This document shows, piece by piece, positions 1 to 9,758 of a stretch of DNA of 64,000 bases (position 1 is its first letter; each line of letters begins with the position of its first letter). The position numbers and the translations under genes were made by a program. This DNA comes from a virus. The DNA lies in the IMG/VR virus record IMGVR_UViG_3300009173_000010, positions 8,807-72,806 of that record. One strand, written 5' to 3'. The notes under the pieces were generated by a model. It saw only the letters and a program-made list of their open reading frames with translations. It was not told the DNA's origin and did no database searches.

Positions 1-1
1 T

Positions 2-3000
2 AACGCTTCTGGCGCACCAACTCGTGCAACAGATTTCGACGCTGACAGTGAAGTAACCGCTGGTGCATTTACATTCGTTGAAGAAGGTACAACAAACGCT
101 GATAACGGTTTTGTACTAACAACAGATGGTACAATCACAGTAGGTACAACAGCAATAGCGTTCGCTCAGTTCTCTGGTGCGGGTTCAATTATTGCTGGTG
201 CAGGTTTAACTAAATCTGGTAGCACATTGAATGTTATTGCAGGTACTGGTATTACAGTAAATGCTAACGATGTGCAGATTTCTGCCTCATACGCTGGTCA
301 AAATACAATAACAACCCTCGGTACAGTTGCTACAGGTACATGGAACGGCACAGGCATTGCAAATGCTTATGTTGACAATGACCTAACAATTTCCGGTGGT
401 ACAGTAGACAATTCAATAATTGGTGGTACAACACCAGTTGCTGGTACGTTTACAACACTAACAGCCAATACATCTCTTGTAGGTACATTGGGAACAGCCG
501 CACAAGGTAGCGTTACATCTTTGGGTACACTAACAGCACTCAACGTTGATAACCTTAACTTAAACGGTAATGCAATTACATCAACAGACTCTAATGGTAA
601 CATTGACCTAACCCCACACGGTGTTGGTGAAGTTAACATTACTAAAGTTGATATTGACGGCGGCGCAATCGACGGCACAATAATTGGTGCTAACTCAGCA
701 GTCGCTGGTACATTCGGTGCCTTAACATCAACTGGTACATCAACACACGCATCAGTAGATATTAATGGTGGTGCAATTGACGGAACTAACATTGGTGCGG
801 CTTCGGTTGGTACTGGTGCGTTCTCAACAATTAGTGCAACTGGTACAACAACTGGTGTTGCCGCTAATTATAGTGGCGCAGTAGGCGTTGACGGTAACTT
901 TGATGTTGCTACTAACAAGTTCACCGTAGCCGCGGCGACTGGTAATACAGTTGTTGCTGGTACACTTGGTGTAACTGGTCTATCAACATTGGCAACAGTT
1001 GATGTTGGTGGTGGTGCAATTGACGGTACAATAGTTGGTGCCGCTTCGGCAGCCGCTGGTACGTTTACAGCATTAACTGCAACAGGCACATCGACACTTC
1101 CAGTTATTAATGGTAGTGGTGCGTGGACCAACACTGGTACACTTACAGCAGGTACAGTTGACATTAATGGCGGTGCTATTGACGGCACTAACATTGGTGC
1201 TAACGCACAAGGCACTGGTCGTTTTTCATCGTTGCAAGCAGATACACTTGCTGGCGCATTGAATGCTTCTAGTCAAGCCATTACAAACGTTAATATTGAT
1301 AGTGGTGCAATCGACGGTACTCCAATTGGTGCAAATTCAGTATCAACTGGTGCTTTCGGCGCATTAACATCAACTAGTCATGTTTCCTCAGGTAACATTT
1401 CTGGTGTTGACGGTACATTCTCCGGTAACCTCGCAGTTACAGGTAATATTGTTGGTAGCGGCAATTTAACAATCAGTGGTGATACTGTTACAGCAAACGT
1501 AACAACTATTACTATTGAAGATCCACTAATGCTACTTTCAAGTAGTGCAGCCGATGCTGGTACAGTTGACGCTGGTTTTGTTGTAGAGCGTGGTTCTTCT
1601 GCTAACGTAGCATTGCTATGGGACGAATCAGCAGATGAGTTCGCGGCAATTTCTACAACAGATACAGGTACTACAGCAGGTAACGTTACAATCGCTGCCT
1701 ATGCAGACTTCAAGGCCAAAGATGTTCAGGCCGGAGGTGCATTAACAGCAGCCGGTGCTACAACACTTAGTGGTGCTCTTACTGTTTCAGGTGGTGGTGC
1801 AGTTGCTCTAGGTGCAAGTGCCTTAACAGGTTCTGGTGCGTGGACACATACTGGTACACTTACAGCAGGTACAGTTGACATTAACGGTGGTGCAATTGAT
1901 GGAACAGCAATTGGTGCGGCTTCGGCAAGCACTGGTGCGTTCTCAACATTGAGTGCAACCGGTACATCAACACTAACAACTGTTGATATCAATGCAGGTA
2001 ATATTGATAATACAGTAATTGGTGCAAGTACAGCAGTCGCTGGTACATTTGCGGCGTTGACAGCAACTGGCACATCAACACTTTCAACTGTTGATATTAA
2101 CGCTGGTGCAATTGATGGAACAGCAATTGGTGCAAATTCAGTATCAACTGGTGCGTTCTCAACAATTAGTGCAACTGGTGCAATCACTGGTGATTTAACT
2201 GGTGACGTAGCAGGTAACGTAACATCAACTGGTACTTCAACTTTCACAACCGTAGATATTAACGGTGGTGCAATTGACGGTACTAATATTGGTGCTAACC
2301 AAGTAGGTACTGGACACTTCTCAACATTAGGTGCAACCGGTACATTAACTGGTGTTGCCGCTAACTTTAGTGGTGCAGTAGGCGTTGATGGCAACTTTGA
2401 TGTTGCTACTAACAAGTTCACAGTAAATGCAACTAGTGGTAACACACAGGTTGCTGGTACACTGGGTTCAACAGGTGCAATTACAGCATCAGCAGGCGTA
2501 ACTGGTGATTTAACTGGTAACGTTGCTGGTAACGTAACATCAACTGGTACTTCAACTTTCACAACCGTAGATATTAACGGTGGTGCAATTGATGGTACAG
2601 CAATTGGTGCTAACTCAGCATCAACTGGTGCGTTCTCAACATTGAGTGCAACAGGTACAACAACTGGTGTTGCCGCTAACTTTAGTGGTGCAGTAGGCGT
2701 TGATGGCAACTTTGATGTTGCAACCAACAAAATGACAGTCGCAGCCGCATCTGGTAATACAACTATTGCTGGTACACTTGGCGTAACTGGTGCAATTACT
2801 GGTGCTTTAACTGGTAACGTAACTGGTAATGTAACTGGTGACTTAACTGGTAACAGTGCTGGTACACATACTGGTGCAGTATCTGGTAACGTAACATCAA
2901 CTGGTACTTCAACATTTACAACTGTTGACATTAATGGCTGTGCTATTGATGGTACAATTATTGGTGCTAACGCAGCCGTAGCAGCCGATTTTACAACAAT

Positions 3001-4879
3001 GGATGCAACTGGTAATGTTACAATTGGCGGTACTCTAGCAGTAACCGGTAATACAACACTAACAGGCAACCTAACTATAAACGGTACAACAACAGATGTT
3101 TCAACTGTTAATACAGTAATTGAAGACGCTGTTATTATGGTCAACAATGGCGAATCTGGTGCAAGCGTTACAGGCGTTTTCTCTGGTATCTCAGTTGACC
3201 GTGGTTCGTCAGCAAATGCCCATATGGTATTTGATGATGGACAAGATCGTTGGGAATTCCTAACAGGCCACGACACAATTGCTTCAGCCTCACTTGGCAA
3301 CGTAGCATTTGGTACAGTCGGTGCAGGTACATGGCAAGGTACAGCAATTGCTGACACATATGTTGCTAACGATCTAACAATTAGTGGTGGTACAGTAAAC
3401 AACTCAGTCATTGGTGGTTCAACTGCCGCGGCTGGTACATTTACAACACTTGGCTTTGATACACTAGGTTCTGCTGTTGATATGGGGAACCAAAATCTTA
3501 CTAATGTTGACATTGATAGCGGTGCTATTGATGGTACAGTAATTGGTGCCGCTTCGGCAGCCGCAATTACAGGTACTACTATTACAGCAAGTTCCTCATT
3601 AGTAGGTACACTAGGTACAGCATCTCAAACTAATGTTACCGGTCTCGGTACAATTGGTACAGGTGTATGGCAGGGTACAGCAGTAGCCGCAGGCTTCGGT
3701 GGTACCGGTATTGATACTTCAAGTTCAACTGGCGCAGTTCGCGTAGACAGTGGTACTTGGTCTGTAGGTGATGTAAGCCTAACAGCAGACGTATCTGGTA
3801 CACTTCCAGTTGCAAATGGTGGTACTGGTATTACATCAGGAACAACTAATCAGTTCTTGAAGTTTACAGGTTCTACAACAATTGGTGCAGGCTATGCAGA
3901 AGACCTCTATGCTAATGATGTTAAAGTCTTTAGTGCAAGTGGTGCAACAACCTCAGGTGCTGGTGAAGGTGTAAAACTAACCAACGCTTCCGGTAAGGCA
4001 TACTTCCGTTCAGTGAATACAGCAGGCTCAGGCGACGTTGATCTATATCTCGGCGCTCAAGACTCTGGTGACGTTGTTATTGAAGGTACAGGTAATGGCG
4101 TAGTTAAAGGCGATAACGATCTCGACTTAACAGTACGAGGTGGTGATTCCTCTGCCGCAGACGCTGGTGATTTAATTCTCTCCGGTGGCAACGGCACAGG
4201 CTCAAATGCCTCTGGTAATGTATACATCCAGGGCGGTTTGGGTGGTTCTGCTAACGGTAATGTACAAATTCGTGATGCAAATGGCTTAGAAGTATTGAAA
4301 TTCACAGAGACAGGAAGTGCTGTCAATGAGATGACAATTGCTAACGCGGCCACATCAGGTACACCAACCTTAAGCACAACAGGTAGCGACACAAACATTA
4401 CATTGCTTATCAGTCCTAAGGGTTCGGGCGTTATTAACGTTCCAGCATCTTATGCGGCACGAGCAGGTTTTGGCACAAACTCACTAGCAACAAAAGAATA
4501 TGTTGATAATAATTCTTCAACAGAAACTTTTGCTAGACGTGCGTCGTTCACAGCCAATAGTTCAGCAAATGATTTTGCTGTTGGTACTATTAACTCAGGT
4601 ACAACAAACTATATTAATCGAGTAACAGTAGCCGTTACAACTGCTTTAAGCGGTGGTAGCGTATCTGGCGTTCGACTACATGATGGTACAGCGTACTTGA
4701 CCGCTCTAGATGATTGTGATACATCAGAAACAGGAACTTATGTTATTGATCTTCCAACATCAACAGCAACAGCCGCAAGTGCGGTACTTACAGCAAAAGT
4801 TGTTCAGAGCAATGGCACAACTGCCTCTGTTCCAACAGCAGGCGTTGTAGTAGTAACAGCACAGTGGGTGAAAGTATAA
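2..4879 (+). CDS. Giant Gly/Thr/Ala-rich repetitive tail-fibre/virion fibre protein (5'-truncated; frame is open from base 2, upstream of the ORF-track start at 227)
   Basis: Open frame from base 2 (NASGAPTRATDFDADSEVTAGAFTFVEEGT...). 12 copies of a V(D/N)I(N/D)xGAIDGTxIGA-type motif. Phage fibre motifs 'ITIEDPLMLL..GFVVERG..LLWDESADEF', 'GTLPVANGGTG', 'LATKEYVD'. Confidence 0.8.
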   Translation, partial: NASGAPTRATDFDADSEVTAGAFTFVEEGTTNADNGFVLTTDGTITVGTTAIAFAQFSGAGSIIAGAGLTKSGSTLNVIAGTGITVNANDVQISASYAGQNTITTLGTVATGTWNGTGIANAYVDNDLTISGGTVDNSIIGGTTPVAGTFTTLTANTSLVGTLGTAAQGSVTSLGTLTALNVDNLNLNGNAITSTDSNGNIDLTPHGVGEVNITKVDIDGGAIDGTIIGANSAVAGTFGALTSTGTSTHASVDINGGAIDGTNIGAASVGTGAFSTISATGTTTGVAANYSGAVGVDGNFDVATNKFTVAAATGNTVVAGTLGVTGLSTLATVDVGGGAIDGTIVGAASAAAGTFTALTATGTSTLPVINGSGAWTNTGTLTAGTVDINGGAIDGTNIGANAQGTGRFSSLQADTLAGALNASSQAITNVNIDSGAIDGTPIGANSVSTGAFGALTSTSHVSSGNISGVDGTFSGNLAVTGNIVGSGNLTISGDTVTANVTTITIEDPLMLLSSSAADAGTVDAGFVVERGSSANVALLWDESADEFAAISTTDTGTTAGNVTIAAYADFKAKDVQAGGALTAAGATTLSGALTVSGGGAVALGASALTGSGAWTHTGTLTAGTVDINGGAIDGTAIGAASASTGAFSTLSATGTSTLTTVDINAGNIDNTVIGASTAVAGTFAALTATGTSTLSTVDINAGAIDGTAIGANSVSTGAFSTISATGAITGDLTGDVAGNVTSTGTSTFTTVDINGGAIDGTNIGANQVGTGHFSTLGATGTLTGVAANFSGAVGVDGNFDVATNKFTVNATSGNTQVAGTLGSTGAITASAGVTGDLTGNVAGNVTSTGTSTFTTVDINGGAIDGTAIGANSASTGAFSTLSATGTTTGVAANFSGAVGVDGNFDVATNKMTVAAASGNTTIAGTLGVTGAITGALTGNVTGNVTGDLTGNSAGTHTGAVSGNVTSTGTSTFTTVDINGCAIDGTIIGANAAVAADFTTMDATGNVTIGGTLAVTGNTTLTGNLTINGTTTDVSTVNTVIEDAVIMVNNGESGASVTGVFSGISVDRGSSANAHMVFDDGQDRWEFLTGHDTIASASLGNVAFGTVGAGTWQGTAIADTYVANDLTISGGTVNNSVIGGSTAAAGTFTTLGFDTLGSAVDMGNQNLTNVDIDSGAIDGTVIGAASAAAITGTTITASSSLVGTLGTASQTNVTGLGTIGTGVWQGTAVAAGFGGTGIDTSSSTGAVRVDSGTWSVGDVSLTADVSGTLPVANGGTGITSGTTNQFLKFTGSTTIGAGYAEDLYANDVKVFSASGATTSGAGEGVKLTNASGKAYFRSVNTAGSGDVDLYLGAQDSGDVVIEGTGNGVVKGDNDLDLTVRGGDSSAADAGDLILSGGNGTGSNASGNVYIQGGLGGSANGNVQIRDANGLEVLKFTETGSAVNEMTIANAATSGTPTLSTTGSDTNITLLISPKGSGVINVPASYAARAGFGTNSLATKEYVDNNSSTETFARRASFTANSSANDFAVGTINSGTTNYINRVTVAVTTALSGGSVSGVRLHDGTAYLTALDDCDTSETGTYVIDLPTSTATAASAVLTAKVVQSNGTTASVPTAGVVVVTAQWVKV
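640..3560 (+). repeat. Internal coding repeats of the fibre gene (e.g. near-identical ~65-bp blocks at ~2213 and ~2528; ~60-bp blocks at ~2348 and ~2663)
   Basis: Direct DNA repeats GGTAACGTAACATCAACTGGTACTTCAACTTTCACAACCGTAGATATTAACGGTGGTGCAATTGA and ACTGGTGTTGCCGCTAACTTTAGTGGTGCAGTAGGCGTTGATGGCAACTTTGATGTTGC. Confidence 0.85.
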
Positions 4880-4916
4880 GCGTTAATTCGCTAGTAGCGG
4901 ATTAACTGCTACGAAT

Positions 4917-5372
4917 TTAAGGAGCCTCGGGGGAAACCCCGGGGTTTTCTTTTAATTCTCTTTGAAGAATAGAGGTAAGTTTGTTAACATTATTTTTATT
5001 ATGAAGGATAAGTTTAGTTCCGGCATGTAATGGTTTCGGCCACGCTCCAATTTTAACCCAAGCATAACCATCATTTTCATCATTTAAAATAGGATGGAAT
5101 TCACTATTAATTATACTAACAAAACTTGCATATTTAAATGCTTCGTCGTTGCTAATAAAATTATCTAAAGGATATGTTTTAAGAATTTTTGGAACGAAAA
5201 TAAGTTCTTCTTTAATTTCTCGGGTTAATGCTATACCTAAAGATTCGCCCGGCTCGACCTTACCACCAAAAAAACTCCAGGTTAAAGGGTGCGAACTTTC
5301 TGCACTTCGAAGTCCTAACATTACACGTTTTGTTTTTAAACTTAAAAATATGGTGCCTACGGCCTCAATCAC
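4917..5372 (-). CDS. NUDIX hydrolase
   Basis: Nudix box GGKVEPGESLGIALTREIKEEL; C-terminal 'WPKPLH' motif. Confidence 0.85.
   Translation of the reverse strand: MIEAVGTIFLSLKTKRVMLGLRSAESSHPLTWSFFGGKVEPGESLGIALTREIKEELIFVPKILKTYPLDNFISNDEAFKYASFVSIINSEFHPILNDENDGYAWVKIGAWPKPLHAGTKLILHNKNNVNKLTSILQRELKENPGVSPEAP
4920..4953. terminator. Intrinsic terminator after the fibre gene, overlapping the 3' end of the convergent NUDIX gene
   Basis: GCCTCGGGG-GAAA-CCCCGGGGT followed by TTTCTTTT. Confidence 0.75.
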
Positions 5373-5487
5373 TACTATGAACCTTTGTTTTAAATGAACA
5401 CTTGTTACAAGTATATATGCATTCTGTTGTTTCGTATAGAATTGTACCGCGACGGCATTGTGGACACTGAATTAGTGTTGGACGCAA
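5365..5487 (-). CDS. Small Zn-ribbon protein (40 aa, TTG start)
   Basis: MRPTLIQCPQCRRG...YTCNKCSFK has two CxxC pairs; fills the gap between the gp15-like and NUDIX genes and overlaps the NUDIX start. Confidence 0.5.
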   Translation of the reverse strand: MRPTLIQCPQCRRGTILYETTECIYTCNKCSFKTKVHSSD

Positions 5488-5492
5488 CTCAT

Positions 5493-6890
5493 TTAATTTA
5501 CAATTTTCCAGAAACCTGGATAATATCTTCCTTGGTAAGAATTTGCCCATTCTATACCGTCCCATTTAAACTGTTCACCAGTAAAATTATTTTGAATATA
5601 AGTAGGGCCCGATGACCCTGACGAATCAAAATGCACTACCCACGCACCACCGTTGTATTGTATTAAATCGTTTTTGCTTGCTTGTAAATTTGCCCATGCA
5701 TTGGTAACATCTGCGGCATCAGGCCCGCCAATATCATCTAAAATTAGATATCGCTGATTAACGGCGGCCGCAGGTAATGTACCATCACCTGGATAATTGT
5801 TATGTGGATTAATTACTGCATTTACAGTAAGATCTGTTCCTGGCAATGTATCGGTATCAACCGTAAAATCAACGACGTTTGTTACTCCGGTTGTAGCGAT
5901 AGTTCCAACAATGTCATTTGGATCTGTTTGTAATTCAGGATCAGATTGTAACCTTAATCTAACTTGTGTTACATTATTTGTTATACCACCATATGGTAGT
6001 AAGTATTTTGCCCAATCAAATGCCGCGCCAGTTGAATCTTCATTAATACCAGCGTGAGTTAATAATTGTATTTGAGGGGGGGTTCCCGAAACCACTTTGA
6101 TTGAAGTATCTTCTGGTGTAACAATTTGCCTATTTAGATAAGTTGCATCACCAAAAAAGTCAAATGCTTCTGGATCATAATTAAGATCTATATCTTGTGT
6201 TCTAGTAGTAACTTGATGAATTAATTTTTGTTGTGTTATTTTGACCGGAGGACTAACCCAAACTGGCATTGTAAATGTTAATGACCCAACATCAATTTGA
6301 GAATCAATACCTTGTGGGACACCTCTAGCAGACCAACTAATATCTGTTAGTTCAACTACAGTTAATGATGTCCAATCTAATATGTTTGTATTTGCTTGTA
6401 ATTCAATTGCAGGATTAAACAGTACTAATATTTGTTCCATTAATTGTAATTTTTGATCGGTATTACTAGTCCATATATCAACTTGCATAGTTAACGTATA
6501 TGGTGTTGGCATTAATCTTTCGACGGTATACATATTACCAATTTCGTTTGTATATTTTCCTGTTTCTTGATCAAATTTTCGTTCTGTTACATGTTTTTGA
6601 TCTGTATAAAATGGGTCAAGTGTTCGTGTTCTGTCTGGTTGTAGTGTTAATATATGAGATGTAATAAATGGACACGAGTTAACAACATTCTCACTATTGT
6701 TTCGTAATATATGCCCAACCATTCTTTGCATATCAGCATATCTGCAAGGTACCTTTATAAATTTTTCTATGTCGTCTTTGCCCTTACCAGTTTTAATTAA
6801 TAAGCCACCAAATAATCGCATAAATTGCAGAAGGTATCTGCGAAATTGCTCATCATAAAAGTATCCTGCTTCGTTATATCTAGTTGCCAT
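5493..6890 (-). CDS. Tail completion / sheath stabiliser protein (T4 gp15-like) with C-terminal extension
   Basis: 'YFYDEQFRRYLLQFMRLF', 'KVPCRY', 'MPTPYTLTMQVDIW...QKLQLMEQILVLFNP' match the gp15 family pattern; adjacent to neck gene. Confidence 0.7.
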   Translation of the reverse strand: MATRYNEAGYFYDEQFRRYLLQFMRLFGGLLIKTGKGKDDIEKFIKVPCRYADMQRMVGHILRNNSENVVNSCPFITSHILTLQPDRTRTLDPFYTDQKHVTERKFDQETGKYTNEIGNMYTVERLMPTPYTLTMQVDIWTSNTDQKLQLMEQILVLFNPAIELQANTNILDWTSLTVVELTDISWSARGVPQGIDSQIDVGSLTFTMPVWVSPPVKITQQKLIHQVTTRTQDIDLNYDPEAFDFFGDATYLNRQIVTPEDTSIKVVSGTPPQIQLLTHAGINEDSTGAAFDWAKYLLPYGGITNNVTQVRLRLQSDPELQTDPNDIVGTIATTGVTNVVDFTVDTDTLPGTDLTVNAVINPHNNYPGDGTLPAAAVNQRYLILDDIGGPDAADVTNAWANLQASKNDLIQYNGGAWVVHFDSSGSSGPTYIQNNFTGEQFKWDGIEWANSYQGRYYPGFWKIVN

Positions 6891-6891
6891 T

Positions 6892-7989
6892 TTAGAAATC
6901 CGACTTTGGTTTTACTGCTTTACTTATACCTTGTTTTGAAGGAATAGTAGCACCAGTATTGCCATCAATAATTAAATTAGTATTTTTTGTAAATTTATGT
7001 AGAATTGCATTACCAGCCGCCCATATACCACGTTGATCGTCTTCGACTTTAAGCCAATGATTACCTGATTTTTTATATAATCGATGAGGAGTATAATCTG
7101 TGCGTAAATAATATGCACCGTCGGTGGCGTTTGTTGGAAATGTTGCGCCACTACCAACAACAGATGCACCGTTATCGGGTACAGCATCTTCAAGAAATAT
7201 ACCTTTCTTTTTATCAGTTTCATTAAAATATAAATGAGCAGTATCAAATCCGTGTTTTGGAACTTCATTTTCTGCTTGTTCAAGTACTGCTTCGCTTATA
7301 TCAATTTCACTACTATATGTACTAAGAATATTTTTTAAATCATCTGCATCATCGCCGTCGCCGAGAATATCTCTATATTCGACTGTATCTTGCAATGCTT
7401 GGCACTTGACACGTATCATGTGTGGCCACCAATTTGCATCAAATCCGCCTGCTTCTCTTACAACATCTTCTACAACATAAAATTTGCGTATCGGACCTGC
7501 TGAATTATCAAGTCCTGTATCATCAGCCAAGTGTGGCAATTCTAAAACATCGCCGCTCATTATTTTACGACCTAAAATAGTCATATGATCATTTAAATGA
7601 AATGTCATATAAATGTTATCAGCAGATAGAAACATACCAAATTGTGTTAAATCAAAATCATTATCTTGTGGTTGATATACGCCTCGCATATCATAAACAA
7701 TTTCATCATATTTGCGATCTCTATTTTCTAAGAATAATAAATCTTGTATTTTTGTTTCTGCAACAATGTTTTTAGGATCTGTTGATTTCTTTGACGCATA
7801 GTTAGGTTTTGTTGCATCTGCTTTATTTACAGTTCCGTCTGGGTTAATTGTTTCGCCCTGGTCATAGACACCTATATACTTGTGTATAAAAACACCAGTA
7901 CCGCCAGCATAAATATGTTCGCCGACTAACCGATCTACAAATTTGTAGTCATTGCCCTTTTCAGGCCTCCATAATCATAGTCGTGGCAT
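6892..7989 (-). CDS. Neck / head-closure protein (gp14-like); true start probably 7989 with an in-frame TGA at codon 5
   Basis: RBS AGAGG and late promoter precede ATG 7989. The frame reads MPRL*LWRPEKGNDYKF...LLFLENRDRKYD...MRGVYQ and continues into the ORF-track ORF. 'LTQFG' and 'GDVLELPH' are gp14-like motifs. Confidence 0.65.
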
Positions 7990-8009
7990 ATAATGTAACC
8001 TCTTTATTG

Positions 8010-8015
8010 TATTTA
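8010..8015 (-). promoter_or_regulatory. T4-type late promoter (TAAATA) for the neck/tail-completion operon
   Basis: GGTAAATACAAT on minus strand ~20 nt upstream of ATG 7989. Confidence 0.6.
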
Positions 8016-8029
8016 CCGTTTTCTTTAGG

Positions 8030-8058
8030 TTGACAAATGGATAAATGTAGTTTATCAT
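8030..8058 (+). promoter_or_regulatory. Sigma70-like promoter
   Basis: TTGACA-N17-TATCAT. Confidence 0.6.
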
Positions 8059-8089
8059 ATATAAGTACATAAAATCTCGTGGAGATATA

Positions 8090-9391
8090 ATGGCCATTTA
8101 TAAAACAACTAAAAAATCTAAAAAACGTAGACCTCGTAAAAAAACAGACCTCGGCGAGTCCCCCAATTGGCCAGTATTTTTAGCCGACGGCCCTACGGAT
8201 ATGGCTATATATTCATATCATTCGCATTCTATGCAATGGTATAACTATAATCATAAAGCCAAAGATTTGCGTAAAGATGTTGAATTGTATCTAAAAAAGA
8301 ACAAATATTCTAAAAAAGACATTAATGCTTGGAAGGCCGCAGATGTTTGGCGTACAGGTGTTACTGTTTCAGGTTTATGTAAAATGATGAATGAAGGAAT
8401 GATTGAGGTTCTACCTAATCCGTATAAACAAGATAATAAGTATAAACATTCTTATGATAAAACTTGGGAGCCTGTATCTGGACATATATGGATACAAAAC
8501 AAACTTGCTGAAATAATTGATCATGGTAAAAAAGCAATTGCTGAAAACAAAGTAGTTGAAAAAGAAAATAAATTAAAAGCACCCCCAAAAACAATTCAAG
8601 AACGTATGCACGAAAAACTTTTAGAATTTTTAGAAGAAACCGAAGGTGCAATAGAAGATTTTTTATATGGTGACAAGCCTTTTGTATCAGATTATAGTAT
8701 GTATAAACATCTTACAAGAGACGCATTGCCTCCTAAAATAGCATCGCAAATTGTTAAAATATATGAAGGCGAGGCCGAAGAATACCAAGAATTAGCAAAG
8801 CCTTGCACAGAATCACAATTAAAGAAAATGACTGAGCAGGATCAAGATTATCATATGCAACTGTTAGAAGGACATTCTCATACGACAAAACCTCAAGCAA
8901 AAAAAATTGCTACGTTTTATGAAACCCTTATTGCTGATGTTAATATGTATATTGATTCTGCTAAAGTTTCGAGAACACCTCGTAAGAAAAAAGCACCAAC
9001 AAAAGAAAAGTTAATAGCAAAACTTAAATTTAAAACAAATGATGAAAAATATAGGATAGCAAGTATTAATCCAATAGATATTATCGGTGCTGATGAATTA
9101 TGGGTGTTTAATACTAAAACACGTAAACTTGGAAAGTATATAGCATTGAATACCGATCCTATGGGACTTAAAAGAGATGGTTCGGGACTATCAGTAAAAG
9201 GTACTACAATTTTAGGTTTTCATGTTGAACAAAGTATTCAGAAGACTTTGCGTAAGCCTGAAGAACAATTAAAAGAATTTACAAAATCAGGAAAAGTAAA
9301 ACTTCGAAAGTTTCTCGAAAAAATTAAGACTACAGATATTAAATTAACCGGTAGAATTAATAACGAGACGATTATACTCAAAGCCAGTTAA
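8090..9391 (+). CDS. Conserved basic jumbo-phage protein of unknown function
   Basis: 433 aa ORF with GGAG RBS; C-terminal 'LWVFNTKTRKLGKY...VKGTTI...QKTLRKPEEQL...GRIN' block typical of large myophage hypotheticals. Confidence 0.6.
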   Translation: MAIYKTTKKSKKRRPRKKTDLGESPNWPVFLADGPTDMAIYSYHSHSMQWYNYNHKAKDLRKDVELYLKKNKYSKKDINAWKAADVWRTGVTVSGLCKMMNEGMIEVLPNPYKQDNKYKHSYDKTWEPVSGHIWIQNKLAEIIDHGKKAIAENKVVEKENKLKAPPKTIQERMHEKLLEFLEETEGAIEDFLYGDKPFVSDYSMYKHLTRDALPPKIASQIVKIYEGEAEEYQELAKPCTESQLKKMTEQDQDYHMQLLEGHSHTTKPQAKKIATFYETLIADVNMYIDSAKVSRTPRKKKAPTKEKLIAKLKFKTNDEKYRIASINPIDIIGADELWVFNTKTRKLGKYIALNTDPMGLKRDGSGLSVKGTTILGFHVEQSIQKTLRKPEEQLKEFTKSGKVKLRKFLEKIKTTDIKLTGRINNETIILKAS

Positions 9392-9418
9392 ATACATATA
9401 GAAATGTATTTGAAGGAG

Positions 9419-9697
9419 ATGGGTCTAATGGGACACTTGAAAGATGCCGCGATCGCGGCGAATCGTAAATGTAACTTTTCTTATTACTGCTATCATGCTT
9501 GGATAGCATGCCGAGCAGGAACCTTGTTGGGATATTTGTCACTAATGTCATATGTCCATGCTTTTTTTCCGTTCGTATATGCTAAGTTCGGCCTGGCTGA
9601 ATTAATTATTCGTAATACTAATAATATACGTAGGTCTATACCCGATTGGGAAGGCTGGAAAGAGTTAGATAATTGGGATGATGAGAAATACAAATAA
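9419..9697 (+). CDS. DUF6356-like small protein
   Basis: Pattern 'HL..(Y)..H....VHAFFPF' resembles DUF6356; AAGGAG RBS favours a start at 9419 or 9428. Confidence 0.45.
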   Translation: MGLMGHLKDAAIAANRKCNFSYYCYHAWIACRAGTLLGYLSLMSYVHAFFPFVYAKFGLAELIIRNTNNIRRSIPDWEGWKELDNWDDEKYK

Positions 9698-9700
9698 ATA
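9695..9700 (+). promoter_or_regulatory. Late promoter upstream of the IOR cassette
   Basis: ATAAATA followed after 5 nt by ATG 9706. Confidence 0.55.
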
Positions 9701-9758
9701 ATACTATGAAAAAACTTCTACTAATTATCATTGATAAGTCCGTAGTAAAGGAATAATA

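Noticed and set aside
2939-2941. Lone Cys in a GGAIDG repeat (GGC TGT)
   Set aside because: Single G-to-T change from the repeat consensus; likely a point mutation or base-call error.
367-4398. Long minus-strand ORFs (e.g. 595 aa at 1726-3513) opposite the fibre gene
   Set aside because: Antisense shadows of a biased Gly/Thr/Ala codon pattern; no RBS and no recognisable domain.
7975-7977. Genome-wide TGA recoding or selenocysteine
   Set aside because: Many genes end cleanly in TGA (e.g. 34136, 38790, 45938, 50025); only one in-frame case was seen, and the tRNA here has no UCA anticodon.
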